A DNA stretch of 64,000 bases from Octopus bimaculoides (taxonomy: Eukaryota): the NCBI RefSeq assembly GCF_001194135.2, contig NC_068982.1, positions 174,659,727-174,723,726 on the forward strand. The letters run 5' to 3'. Below the pieces are notes generated by a model. It ran no database searches, had not been told where the DNA came from, and worked only from the letters and a program-made list of their open reading frames with translations. Made by a program: the position numbers and the translations under genes. Shown here piece by piece: positions 10,816 through 23,999 of the stretch; positions within the stretch are counted from its first letter, which is position 1, and the number at the start of each line of letters is the position of its first letter.

Positions 10816-13759
10816 AAGAGGTAGTGTATTTCAACAGAAATTTGGTAACAAAAGGGCTAATCCCACCATAACAAATATACTCTGACAAAACTAAAATTTT
10901 TCCTGCTCTTCCATTTTGTTACTTTAATGTACACCATTTAGTGATATGATTTATAGTGCACATGTAACTGCTAAAATTTTTCTTTTTAAATATGACTTTG
11001 AATCTTGTAGTTCTGACACTACATATAATACCTCAAAGAAATCAATTTTTTAGAATCTAATACGTATATATACACACGCATGTAACAAGAATGAATATGT
11101 GAGTTACATAAGCTCTAAGTGTCCATTCTTTTGCAATAATCTATATTTAAACTCAAATGTTTATCTAAGATAAATATTTCAGTTTGATGCAGCTCAAATT
11201 AACTGAAAATACACACACACACATGTATATGATATATGTAAATATAAACCTGTAGCTAGTCCTTTTTATTAATTTTTAAATATTTCTTATACTTACATAA
11301 TTTCAGTATGATATATATTGATTTACTTTTTCGTTGTGATTGTTTAAGTTAGTCAAACTCTAAGCACCCATTTTGTAGTAAATACTTTAATTTGGATATT
11401 TACCTCAGATTGAGGTAATATTTCTGTTAAAAGTAATTCAGACTAACTAGTATCAAACTAGATGTAGCATGTACAGGCAGTCCTTATTTAATGTTTTTCT
11501 TTCTTTTTTTTTATCTCATGTCATTTTGTTGAGAAATAAAACTAAATACTGAAAAAATAAAAATCTGTATAATTTTAATTTTTACAATATTTTATTTTAT
11601 TTATTTTTTTTTTTTTTCTTGCAATGTTTCATTTTCCAGTATAGAAAAATAAAAATAACAACAACAATAAAGAATAAGAATACGAAGCATTTCAGCTTCT
11701 TTTATCATCATCCTCCCCACTTTGTCATTAAGATACAATGTCTGCTGGCTACTTCATGGTGATGCAAGTGTTTCAAAGTATAACAATACTTAGAATATGA
11801 AATAAACAATGAAAATATTGATTGAAATTGTATTTAACCAATAGAAATTAAAACTCTTGTAAGAACAGGGTCTGCTTGAAGTGTATTATAAAACTATTCA
11901 ATGTACTGAGCACAAAATGTTTCCTTTCCAATTTTCCACTCATCAATTGCTTTTCTGCTGGCCTTTTTAGACATGGTTTTGAATGGAAATTATTAAAATA
12001 ATTGGGACAAATAAATTTTAAAATACAGAGAGAGGTAAAGCTTGCTGCAAGAATGTGGATATGGTGGGAACTCTGGGTTTGATCTGAATGCTTGTCATAA
12101 AGTGAACTCTATTAATGGCACTCAAGGACCAGATAATAGTGTTAAACTAAGTGGTGTATTTTAGATCTACCTCACAAAACTTAATTTCTGTTGTGTTAAA
12201 TAGCAGAGGGTTAAATCTCTAACAGATGACAATCCTGAGTTTATTGTACTTCATAGTTTAGTGAAACAGATTCTATGGTACTAGTCAGTCACCAGACACT
12301 TTTACAGAAAGGTTTCACATCTGCTGTTATTTAACCCTAGAGCAGCTCTGATCAAGGAGACCTATGGCCAAAGCCAAACTAGCATGAATTGCATTATCCA
12401 ATATGGCCTTCCTTTTTAAGATGTTATGATTTTGAAGACAAAGGTCAAGTGACCACACTGAGGTTCTCTCGTTGGTTCATATCTGTTCTTTGACTAAACC
12501 AAAATATGTAGAAACAGAATTAATTACCTGTAGCAGGATAATAAATCAAGTCACAGTAAGTTACTAAATATCAGTAGGCTATTTCGTTTTACAGTGTGTG
12601 AGCATGCAGGTAACAGGTAGATATATGTATAACACAGCTAAAATCTCACTACAGTAACTTTCACATGACTTTAACACTCCACTTTTTTTTTAAAGTCTAT
12701 TTAATTCTGTCAATGAAATAGTCACGCAATCTTATTTCTCCTCCCTTATAGATCAAATGAAAATATAGATTGCCAAAGATATGATCCCAAACAACCAATC
12801 AAGAAGTTTACAGTTTATATCATGTCGCAAGTACCTAGTTGTATCTATGAACAAAACACTTGTCAGATGACCCAGTGAACAACTGTAAATATGTACTTGT
12901 AGAGTCAGAATAAATTACCAGTGTAAACAACACCAATATTTTTCTTAGTGCTAAGGTCAGTTAGTTTCAAAGTATTTAGTGATACCAATAATACCCACTA
13001 ATTAATGAGACTAAACATAAACTAATTGTGTCTATGTGAGAGAAAAAGTCCTTACTTTTCTGTCTCTTTGTTGGGTAGTTAATGGATAATATTTTTTTCA
13101 TTTATTGTATTCCCGATATTTAGCTGAGGTTGCATATTCTCTTTTAATTAGCAAGACAGATCTAGGATTTAACTAGTTTCCATTATAAAACAAGTTGAAT
13201 GCTACTGAAATATTATTTGCATAGCTTCATAGTCATTATCATTAATCATTTGTATCTATTAATTAATGACTTTAGTGGGCTTTTTTTTGTTTTCCCTTCT
13301 TTTATAATCTTCTATTACTTCCCAGCTCAGCAACTTCAGAACAGATGATATTGTCTGAACAGAAAGATTTGTCAGCTTATTTTTGATTTGTATATTTTTT
13401 TTCCGTTTTCATCTACTTATTTATTTTTACTGTTGTCTTGGAAATGTTTGTGCCAAATCATCTGTTATGGCAGCAACAAGTAGTTATTTTTTGTTCTTTT
13501 TATTTATTCATTTTGGAATACAAAACTTTCAGTTCCATTCGTCACGTGATTCTCATAATTAATGCATGTAAAATTAGTTAAGTGGATGAAGCATTGGGTT
13601 ATCAACCCATATGTATTGAGTTCATATCTCTGTTGAAGATTTTTGTGGTATTTTTGTAGGAAGGTCACTTAATTTTCTATACTTCAATTCACTTTCCTTT
13701 TTTAGAGTATATTCTTCAGTAAACTAGCATATTATTCAGCTTGGAGTTTATTCTGTGGA

Positions 13760-14600
13760 ACATGTCTCCTCTGGTCCTGCATGTCACCACCCATTGTGGC
13801 CTATTGTTATATTTCATGAGATTAGTTTTTGAAATCAGTCTTCACCACTTTATCATATGTCTTTCTAGGCCTTCCTCTTTTACAGATTCCACCCACCTCA
13901 AGTGCTCAAATGACATCATGCATATGCATCATATGCTCATGCTTGAGTAGTCTTCTCATATGCACATTGCATCTCATTCTTCTTATATCCAGCTTTTCTT
14001 GTGGCTCATTTGTCCTATGTTGTTCATGAACACTAACAATTCATATCCAGGAGAATATTCTTGCTTCATCAATTTCTAACCATTGCAAATCTGTATTCAT
14101 GGCCCATAACTTGCTACCATGCAGCATTGCACTTTATACCCATGCATCAGGCATCAATTTTCCCTTTAGTCTGTGGTTGAAATCCTTTGTGTCCAGAACT
14201 TTTTCCTCCTCATTCTTATTCTGGATATTATCTTTTTGGAACACCTGCTGCTGCCAATTAATTCACCAAAATAACAAAAGCTATCATCTACTTTTAGTCA
14301 GCCCTTAAAGGAATATATTCCATGTATATTCTTGCTGCTAACTGCTCCTGTGCTTTTGCTACAAATGAAGTTTACCTTCCCTAACCAGCCTGCCTGTCAT
14401 TCCACTACACCTCTAGTGTAGCTATGGTTACACTGGGTTCACTGTATAGAAATTTTACCTGTTCTATTTTTTCAAATCAAGCTCAACCATTTCTCTGACT
14501 CTATAGCAGAGCCCTGCTTTCTTTTCTGTTTACTAAAAGCTTTAGTTGTTGCAAAGTTTACTTTGAGGTCTCTCAATTTCAGATTTTGCTTCCATCTATG
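13760..14600 (-). mobile_element. Decayed RTE LINE ORF, post-RT region
   Basis: Minus strand WKQNL..DLKVNFATTK..IQ*TQC..VDDSFCYFG..GKL..DAWV*SAMLHGSKLWAM; same region as 63780-64000 but more decayed. Confidence 0.75.
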
Positions 14601-14605
14601 TAAAC

Positions 14606-14607
<2 letters not shown>

Positions 14608-14652
<45 letters not shown>
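14608..14652. repeat. (TA)n microsatellite
   Basis: Direct reading; others at about 20677-20716, 37323-37362, 46950-47088 (with gap), 55646-55679 and 61815-61850. Confidence 0.95.
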
Positions 14653-14654
<2 letters not shown>

Positions 14655-16369
14655 GTAAATGCCTTGTGGGCCAAGGTGGGTGAGTATGTTTTGCTCTGGT
14701 TTATGATATAAAGCAGATGGGAAGCAAATCTTTACCTGGATAATATACTAGTCTATGCTCAGTAACAGTTGCTTCTTTTTCCAATCTAAAAGCCTCAAAA
14801 TACTCTAGGTATATATAACAGTGACTAAACATCCCATGGTCTCTTTTCATTGTTAAGTAGACTATACCATTGAGAGCTAAGTGCTTTTTATTTTTAAACA
14901 TGGACATTGTATAGCACTGGTAACATGTTACAAGCAGCTGAATTGGCAGCTAGTAAATGTCTTACCAATTCAATATGTTATAAAACTGATTGTTGTTTAA
15001 TCTCAGATCACCACTAATTTAACAGGCCTATGATCAAAGACATTCTAGCATTGCCCATCTCATCATTGTCAGATTTCTTTGTGTAGGACTATATTATTGA
15101 ATCTGATTTAGTAGGGTGTAATCTGAAGGAGATTTGGCTACTCTTTCTAGCTGGGAGAATGACTGCATAAACAATGCATTCTTTTCTCACAGTAAATCTT
15201 GTTTATCAGTCAAAACATAGATCTGAGATGAAATGTCCAATTTCAGTTAAAATTTATCAGAAATTTCTTGAATATTTGATTGGATGATTTTCTCATTAAA
15301 TTTTGTGTCTTTATTATAGTGTTTACATAAATCATTTGTTTGAATGAATTATTAAGTCAAGTTTGAAATACACTCATAGCTCACTGGCTTTCTTAATCAG
15401 TTGAGAACAATGAAGTAATGAATAAACAAACAGGAACAAAAATAAGCTGTCAAAAGAAGATGAGACAAATAAAACATTAGTGACCAAAAGGAACAACATT
15501 ACTTATTCATTTGTTATTTCAATATTTTTCTGTTCTTTGTGTATTTTGTGAGTTTTATTTTGTGTTTGTTTTTTGTTTTTTTTTGGCAACAACTGCCATT
15601 TGTATGTGATTTAGCAAACTTCAGTAGAACATCATAACTGGCATCATCATCACTTTACCATTATCCACATTCTAATTGCTTAGTCTGGTAGAAATAGTTG
15701 CCAGATTCCTACAGATCACATCCAGCTGTCTTAAAAAAGAGAATGACACATTGGACAATGTAGTGCTAGACATAGAAGCAGATTGTTTGGTCATGGCTGA
15801 AACAGCTATGATAATGGGGCTGCTTAATCAGAGTTGACTTCAAGGCTAATCAACGCATTGTCATCTTCAACATTATTGTCACACATCAACATTATTATCT
15901 ATTAAGCACCAGCCTCCTCAACAACAATAATAACACTCACATCATCCTCACCATCATTTAAACATCTTTACTATCACCACCATCATTGTCATCATCTTCA
16001 TCATCAGTTACATTACATGCACATCCCCAGTCTGTTCTCTCTGCCTATCTATTGGTACCACAATGGACTTGCACCTAAACCAGCTATTAGTTTATCACCA
16101 CTATCCAAACCTGTGTGACACTCTTCCCTTTCTACCTCTCTGATTACCCTATTTCGTGTCTCCTCCACAGAAATCCAGCACAACTTTTTTTTTTTCCAGT
16201 CTTTTCTCTGTAGAATGCGAACCCTTTGAAAAATTCTCTCTACTAACATTTTTACAACAGATGATGTTCAAGCTGAACATCAACCCTTTTAATCTCACCA
16301 GTCTTGGAAGACTTGTGAAGGTCATAGTAGAATGCTATACTTCTCAATAAGTCAATAAAAATACCGTTA

Positions 16370-16580
16370 TCTACATAAAAAGCATTGGTGTGGATGCTGG
16401 TGTTACATAAAAAGCACTGATGATGGTGCCATGTAAAAAGCACCCAGTACATTCTGCAAAGTGGTTGGCATTAGGAAGCATCCAGCCATAGAAATCAAGC
16501 CAAGACAAATTATGGAACCTGGTGTGACCCCTGGCCTTGCCAGTTCCTGTCAAGCCATTCAGACCATTGATGATGATATG
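16370..16580 (+). mobile_element. RTE 3' tail with internal minisatellite
   Basis: Repeated TAAAAAGCA units, then AAAAAGCACCCAGTACA..TTAGGAAGCATCCAGCCATAGAAA..(GAT)n. Confidence 0.8.
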
Positions 16581-17348
16581 ATTTTCATTGAACTATTAAA
16601 GCTAGTGTTTTCTACTATCTTTTGTTTGCTTGTTATTTTCATTGTTGTAAAATACTACATTTTGAATGGAGTTACACCCTTTACTAGTTGTTACTTTTGC
16701 CATACTTGCGTACACGTACTCAGGCTGAGATTCAACTTCTGATGATTAATTTCATATGGCGTTTCACCGTTGAGCAATTGTCAGATACTTACACCATAAT
16801 ATAATAGGTTACCAGTTCCCTTGATAAAACAATTGGAATCTTCATTTGTTGACAGTATGAGATCTGTTTACAAGTGTGTGTATGTGCACGTATATGAGAA
16901 TGTGTAAGTGTGTGTGTAGAGCATCGGCACATGTGAGTGTCTCAGTGCATGTGAATTAATACGAAATGTTTTTAGTATCCTAAAACCGTTTGAGGAAACA
17001 TTGTATGAAGTTGTTAGACATTTGTGAAAAATGTATTGATCTCATTCACTGAAACACAAACATGTGTTTAAACTGATGTTATGTTACGTTGATATTTCTC
17101 TGCGATTTTATTCACACGGCCATCTGGTGTCTAACAACCTTCCGCTTGCTGAATTACTTGTCTTTTGTTTGTTTGTTTGTTTGTTTGCTTGTTTGTTTGT
17201 ATGTATGTATGTATGTATGTATGTGCGCACGCGCGCTCATATACATATGTGTGTGTTTGTGTATGCATACATATATGTGATGTGTATACATGAATGCTTG
17301 TTCATGTATAGGTTTACATATATGCTTTTGCATATAGATATATATCCT

Positions 17349-17600
17349 CATCATCATCATTTAATGTGTTTTCCATGCCAGCATGGGTTGGATGACTTGA
17401 TAGGAACTGGCAAGAGCAAGTGCTACATCAGGTTCCATAGTCTGTTTTGGTTTCTCTGGTTGGATGCCCTCCCATTTACTAATGCTAACCATTTTACAGT
17501 GTGTACTGGGTGCTTTTTACATGGCACCAGCGCCAATGCTTTTTATGTGGCACCAGCACCAGTGCTTTTTATGTGGTACCAGCACAAGTGCTTTTTAAAC
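17349..17600 (-). mobile_element. RTE 3' tail, antisense
   Basis: (CAT)n..CCATGCCAGCATGGGTTGG..GGATGCCCTCCC..GGGTGCTTTTTA. Confidence 0.8.
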
Positions 17601-18386
17601 ACACATGCTTGCAGTGGTGGATTCTTCATAACCTTTGGAAATGAACATTCAGTTGTTAGAGCAACTGAACTTCTGTTTGTAAAATTAACAAGCAAGCAAA
17701 TGAATTTCTATAGCCTTAATGAAATTCCCAAGCCAAATCAGCCCAACCATTTGTAACCGTCATACACAGTTTGTTACTTTATTTATGGACTCCCAAAGGT
17801 AAAGTTGAACTCAGGAAGATTTGAACTCAGAGTGCTGAGGTCTGAGATGAATACTGCAAGGCATTCTAGTTGATGTTTTGATTCTACCAATTTGTAGTCT
17901 CCCATGAAGCTCATGATGAATGACTTTGGTTGACATTGAGTTGGTAAAGTGGTTGTTTAGCTCTGCTGTCACTTTTACTGCTGTAGTTCAATGGTTTTTG
18001 GACACAATATGTTGCACTATTCTGCAGTTCCTCTCTATGAACTTTGCATTCTGTCCAGAATTATGCTTGCCAGAGTTTGTTTTACTTTCGTTTTGGAATA
18101 TTGGCATAATTTTAGAGACTGTACTGCTTGAAACATTAAACGATTCAGTAGTTTTAGTGGGTGATGTTCCAACCAGTCACACTCCAACAATTTATCCTCT
18201 TTGAAAATCTGAAAGGTCATATATTTTAACTTCTTTAAATATCTGCAAAAAAAAATTAAAATAAATAAATAATAAAAAGGAAAAGAAAAACAGAAGGCTA
18301 TCTCATCAAGTACAAGGTATACATAATGCACGTAAACACATATATACAGACTATAACTTTTTTGAATTTGTCATATTGCTAGTTAA

Positions 18387-18597
18387 CCCTTTTGTTTCTG
18401 TATTTATTTTGAGACGTTCTGTGTTTCTTTCAATTATTTTAAATATAACATAGTAAAATAACTTAGTTATCATTAAGCTAGTTTTAGGAACATAAATTGT
18501 GACTAAGATTTGGTGGAAGATTTTAATTCAAAACTTATGAAAACAAGACATTTGTGTTACAGAGCCAGAGCTGGTTTCAGCTGGGTTGGTATCGAAG
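18387..18597 (+). mobile_element. piggyBac-like MITE, decayed copy
   Basis: TTAA (18383-18386) then CCCTTTT; body closely matches 25761-25981; right terminus eroded. Confidence 0.7.
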
Positions 18598-20177
18598 TTA
18601 TATAAATTGATGTTTTCATTATTTTGTCCACTTTAAGGCATAGAACTCAGTCCATAGAATATTTTCATTTTTTGTATTCCTGTGAACTCCAGTAACACAA
18701 AGGCCTTGAGTTTGAGCTGATGCATTTAAAAAACTGTACTTGTGTATGTGTGTCTAGGTGGATGAGTAAATATGCTGATGCTTATATGCATTCTTGTGCA
18801 AACTTGCATATGCACATTTGTATGTATGTATGCATGCGAATGCATGTTTATTCATAAGTGTACATGTATTTTTATTCCTATGTATACTTGTGCTTATATA
18901 TATTTTTATTCATATATATATACTTGTGCTTTTATATGTATGTATGCTTGAGCATATTCATATATTTGTATATGTATGCTTGTGGATATGCACATATGTA
19001 TATATATATCTCTATATTTAAGCAATTAAGTTCTTCAATAGAGATTACAAAGACATTTACAAGTATAGCATAAAGCAGCAAAATGAGAATAGATCTTTGT
19101 ATCATATACTTTTATATGAACTTTATTTTAACTGTTGATCTTAAGAATCTGGGAGGGTGTATTAAGTTCATTGGCTCTATCTCTCTTCCCGTGAATAATT
19201 GGTTTAGTGAACAAAACAATTCCACTACGTGTCAAAATCTTCAGTAGTTATTCTTTTTATTTGTTAACAATTTAACATTGATTTCTCACATAGTCACAAT
19301 GCTGTTTTCCCTAAATAGCTGCTCAGTTACTGAATGAACCCCAATATATTGTTAGTACTTATTTTATTGATCCTAAAACATTAAAGGATAAATTCAATCC
19401 TAGCAAGATTTGAACTTAGAATAATAGAAGGATGAGATTAAATTTATCAGTAGAATTAAGTCTGGTGTTCTGCTGTTTCTACTAATTTGTTGTCCTTATA
19501 TATTTTTATTTTAATAGACAAAAAACACTGTGGTCTTTATTGTTAGAAGAATTCAATCATGCTGTTCCTGCTTCTCTTTCATCACAAACATAATAAAAAC
19601 CAGAATATATTTCCAGTGGGATATGAACCCTAAGTTGATAGGAAAGCTAAATACTGTCATTCATTTAATGTTGCATTTTTTTTGTCTCCAGCATTTAAGG
19701 GAGCCTCTATTCACTTGCTACACTTATGTAAAAGTAGCAACCATATCTCTATTAAATAATATCCAAATGTCTTAAAAGTGATGATAAACATTTAACTACT
19801 TGTACATTCCTCTAATAAGGAATTGAAAAAGGGAAAAGAACAAAAAAAAAAAAAACCTGAAGATGTGTAAAATGCTTTATTTTTACAATTTTTTGTGTGT
19901 AATTTAGAGGTGATCATTCCCAAACTTTTACTATTATTTGACATATTTTTGGTTTCGAAATAAAGCTTTTTACATTAGCAAACACAAACAATAGTTTTGA
20001 GTAACATATTTTAGTTAATGAATTAAATGGTTTCTGAAAGCTATATTATTCACTATTATTTTTCCATTTCACAGTTTTTATCTTTAACACACAGAAATAT
20101 AGAAATGACAGACTGTATTGCTTTTAAAGTTTATAATCTATTTTTTTTGCTTGTTTATAATAATAATTATAATAATA

Positions 20178-20400
20178 ATATCATCATCATCATCATCATC
20201 ATCATTTAGCGTCCGCTTTCCATGCTGGCATGGGTTGGATGGTTTGACTGAGGACTAGTGAGCCAGATGGCTGCACCAGGCTCCAATCTGATCTGGCAGA
20301 GTTTCTACAGCTGGATGCCCTTCCTAACGTCAACCACGCCGAGAGTGTAGTGGGTGCTTTTATGTGCCACCGGCACAAGGGCCAGTCAGGCAGTACTGGC
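20178..20400 (-). mobile_element. RTE 3' tail, young, antisense
   Basis: (CAT)n TTAGCGTCCGCTTTCCATGCTGGCATGG..GGATGCCCTTCCTAACGTCAACC..GTGGGTGCTTTT. Confidence 0.9.
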
Positions 20401-20681
20401 AACCTTTTTGTGTGTGTTTGTGTGTGTATTTTTGTGTCTGTGTTTGAAAACTGGTGTTGGTTTGTTTACATTCCCATAACATAGCAGTTTGGCAAAAAGG
20501 ACCAATAGAATTAGTGCCAGGCTTAAAAAAAAGGTACTGGTGTTGATTCATCATCATCATCATCATCATCATCATCGTTTAACGTCCGCTTTCCATGCTA
20601 GCATGGGTTTGACTAAAAACTCTTCAAGGCAGTGCCCCAGTATGGCTACAGTCTAATGACTGAAATAGATAAAAGATATAT

Positions 20682-20715
<34 letters not shown>

Positions 20716-21929
20716 AATTTATGAGCTGGCAAAATCGATAGCATGCCAGGCAAAATGCTTAGCAGCATTTCTTCCAGCTCTTTACATCTTGAGTTCAAAT
20801 TCAACTGAGGTTAATAAAATAAGTACCAGTTGAATACTGGGATCCATTTAATTGATTAACCCCTCCCCCAAAATTGCTGGCCTTGTGTCAAAATTTGAAA
20901 TTATTATTATTATATTCTTTTTTTTTTATTCTATTAACCAAGTTGCTGGGATGTATTGATTCAATCTTTTTAAAAGCAAGCAAACATGCATTTCTTCCTA
21001 AGAATAATGTCTTAATCATTCCTGGGATTTACCCTACTTCCTCCTTAAATTCTTCAACTCATTCAAATCATTCTTCCTCTTCTAATTCATTGCACTTTAA
21101 GTGGTTTATGTAATCTTAAGTTAAACTTTAATACTAATTATTATAATGATAATATTCACAATCAGAATCACTAGTTTGACAGGGTGGAGTGGGTTTCTCA
21201 TCCTTGCATTTTTTAAAAATGTGCACAGCTGTGTATTTCCATCTGACCCTATCACCAACTTATTTTCCATTGAGGTTTGACGTTATTATGATGTAATTAT
21301 GTGATTTGGTATTGTGTGGTATGTGTGTTTGGTGGGGTGGATTTCTTTTTAAATACAGCACACCCAAATCAAGAAATATAATTTGTGGAAACTCCTGCTT
21401 AATTTACTTTGAGAAATTCAAGAAGCTTATTTTTCTGTTTTCAACAGACCTAAATTATGGTGATTTTTTGTGTTATGTTGCCGATAAGTTCCTGAATGTT
21501 CTAGGCACTGTCAATAGCCACCTGGTTGGGAAACACTGTTTTGATATAACTTTAGTGATTTGGCAAGCCTCATAAGTACTATGTCCATTTGCATGTAGTG
21601 TGTTTAGAGGGGTAATCAGTTTGCTAGGTAAGTTTCATTGTCCCAGTGTGCCAGACTGACTTTAGATTTCATTTATACTAGATTGTGGATAAAATGGCTA
21701 GCACTATGACCAAGTATTCAGCAACATTATAAAGATTAGTCCCATCTGTTAAAATGTATAAGATAGTTATCTGTTTGAATGAATGGTTTTATAAATTTCT
21801 TAAGCTATCTGTGTATCATACTTAATGTATACACACTTGATAGATCAGTTACTTCAGTATTTGTCATGAGATGACATCTCTGTTGGACTTGCTGTGTGCA
21901 TGCCCTGAGCATGTGACTGGTTGAGTATA

Positions 21930-22165
21930 TCATCATTACTTTACATCCATTTTCCCTGTTGGCATGGGTTGGACAGTTTGATGAACTGGCGAGGCTGGGA
22001 GCTATACCTGGTTCCATTGTCTATTTTGGCATGGTTTTTACTGTTGGATGCCCTTCCTAGTGCAACCATTTTACAGAGTATAATGGCTGCTTTTTATGTG
22101 GCATCAGCACCAATGCTTTTAAGTTACACCAGCACCAGTGCTTTTTATGTGGCACCATTACCAAC
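21930..22165 (-). mobile_element. RTE 3' tail, antisense
   Basis: CATCATT..GGCATGGGTTGG..GGATGCCCTTCCTAG..GCTTTTTATGTGGCA repeats. Confidence 0.8.
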
Positions 22166-22188
22166 AGGGTCACCAAGTACTAGACGCT

Positions 22189-22592
22189 AGAAGGCCTGAT
22201 TTAGTAGTAGATAAATAGAATAGAAAGTGCCAGATAATTGACTTTACAGTCCCAAATGATGAAAAAATCAATATGCTAGGTGTAAAAAAAAAATAGCAAA
22301 GTACCAGGACCTAGCCATTGAATTACAGAGACTATGGAGAGTGCAGGTAAAATGCATCCCAGTAATTTTAGGTGCATTAGGAACTATCCTCAAAGATTTG
22401 AACAGGTAGATAGAAGAAATAGGCATGAAACCCAGTTTAGTATAGCTCCAGAAAAGTGTTATTAGGGACAGTTAGGATACTTAGGAGGGTTCTTGGGATC
22501 TAAGGTTACTTATTGTAGCCCAATTTTAGGAATTTTTCTTTTCCAACAGTTTAATCTGTAGTGTGTGTATTTTATTATTTAATAATAATAAT
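22189..22592 (+). mobile_element. R4/Dong-type non-LTR retrotransposon 3' end (restriction-like endonuclease domain)
   Basis: RRPDLVVDK*NRKCQIIDFTVPNDEKINM..KKKIAKYQDLAIELQRLWRVQVKCIPVILGALGTILKDLNR*IEEIG..LQKSV..LGTVRILRRVLGI*, then a short UTR and (TAA)n at 22580-22592. Confidence 0.85.
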
Positions 22593-22653
22593 CAACTATT
22601 TTCAAATTCAATATTTAAGATTTATTTGTCATTTTTCAATTTATTTTCTGCAG

Positions 22654-22855
22654 CACCAATGTGGTGATGAACTATTCTGATGTCGAGGCTAAAGTACGAG
22701 AAGCCACAAACGATGATGCTTGGGGTCCACATGGCTCGCTAATGGGTGAAATTGCACAGTACACATTTACATACGAACATTTCCCGGAAGTAATGGGCAT
22801 GCTTTGGAAACGAATGTTGCATGATAACAAGAAGAACTGGCGACGAGTATATAAA
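22654..22855 (+). CDS. CLINT1: CLINT1/epsinR coding exon (ENTH domain, N-terminal half)
   Basis: Acceptor ttttctgCAG at 22651-22653; reads (x)TNVVMNYSDVEAKVREATNDDAWGPHGSLMGEIAQYTFTYEHFPEVMGMLWKRMLHDNKKNWRRVYK. TNVVMNY..VREATNDD.WGP and DNKKNWRRVYK are typical of epsinR rather than epsin. Starts in phase 2; phase-0 GT donor at 22856. Confidence 0.97.
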
Positions 22856-22983
22856 GTAAAATATCAGGATTAAGATTTATTAAAACAAAAACAAAAAAAG
22901 CATTTTTTACATCTCTGTTACACTTATCATAGAAATTTATTCTTTAATATTTAGTGTTATTATGTATGTGTATAATTGCATGT

Positions 22984-23372
22984 GTGGAGGCGCAATGGCC
23001 CAGTGGTTAGGGCAGCGGACTTGCGGTCATAGGATCGCGGTTTCGATTCCCAGACCGGGCGTTGTGAGTGTTTATTGAGCGAAAACACCTAAAGCTCCAT
23101 GAGGCTCCGGCAGGGGATGGTGGCGAACCCTGCTGTACTCTTTCACTACAACTTTCTCTCTCACTTTTACTTCCTGTTTCTGTTGTGCCTGTAATTCAAA
23201 GAGTAAGCCTTGTCACACTGTGTCATGCTGAATATCCCCGAGAACTACGTTAAGGGTACACGGGTCTGTGGAGTGCTCAGCCACTTGCACGTTAATTTCA
23301 CGAGCAGGCTGTTCCATTGATCAGATCAACAGGAACCCTCGACGTCGTAAGCGACGGTGTGCCAACAACAAC
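22984..23372 (+). mobile_element. Young tRNA-derived SINE (family A) with target-site duplication
   Basis: A box TGGCCCAGTGG, B box GGTTTCGATTCCC, CpG-rich body, (CAA)n tail; 12-bp direct repeat ATAATTGCATGT at 22972-22983 and 23373-23384. Confidence 0.92.
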
Positions 23373-23620
23373 ATAATTGCATGTAAATAGAATTGGTTGA
23401 AACTAGATTACTCTAAATTGTCTTTAAAAGTAGAGAATGCATATTTTAATTACTAATTCATAAGGCAACACACACACACAAAAGAAAAGAAAAAAGACAA
23501 TGACTACTAAGATCTAATGTGAGATATTCTGTATAAACACTCCAACTATTTTATGATGCTCCCTACATGTTCCATACCTACAGGTATTGGTAATCATGGA
23601 CTGTCATGCCAACATCTGAA

Positions 23621-23815
23621 TCATCATCATCATCATTATCATCGTTTAACGTCCGCTTTCCATGCTAGCATGGATTGGACGATTTGACTGAGAACTGGTG
23701 AAACCAGATGGCTACACCAGGCTCCAATCTGATTTGGCAGAGTTTCTACAGCTGGATGCCCTTCCTAATGCCAACCACTCTGAGAGTGTAGTGGGTGCTT
23801 TTACGTGCCACCCGC
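23621..23815 (-). mobile_element. RTE 3' tail, young, antisense
   Basis: Reverse complement aligns closely with 3285-3475. Confidence 0.9.
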
Positions 23816-23999
23816 TTTGAGAGAAAGATATGACAGTGGTTTTTCATTGACTTCTGTCAGTTTATTTACAGTTTGATCTGCTAGTTTTCTGATCTCTTGA
23901 GCTTATGTCACAGGATCTATTTAATCCTTAAACTAAAGAACCAATTCACACGCTGTCAGAGAATATTCTCATACACAATACAAGTCCTGAATACTTTAG

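Noticed and set aside
16049-16249. Minus-strand ORF vaguely like an integrase zinc finger or LINE C-terminus
   Set aside because: No diagnostic motif, contains a homopolymer run; cannot assign.
16735-16800. Intronic C/D-box snoRNA
   Set aside because: A TGATGA is present, but there is no suitably placed CTGA D box or terminal stem.
17064-17756. 230-aa ORF
   Set aside because: Made of (GTTT)n and (ATGT)n simple repeats plus an antisense RTE tail.
22986-23060. tRNA gene
   Set aside because: A and B boxes are present, but the acceptor stem does not close and the sequence continues into a SINE body with tail and TSD.
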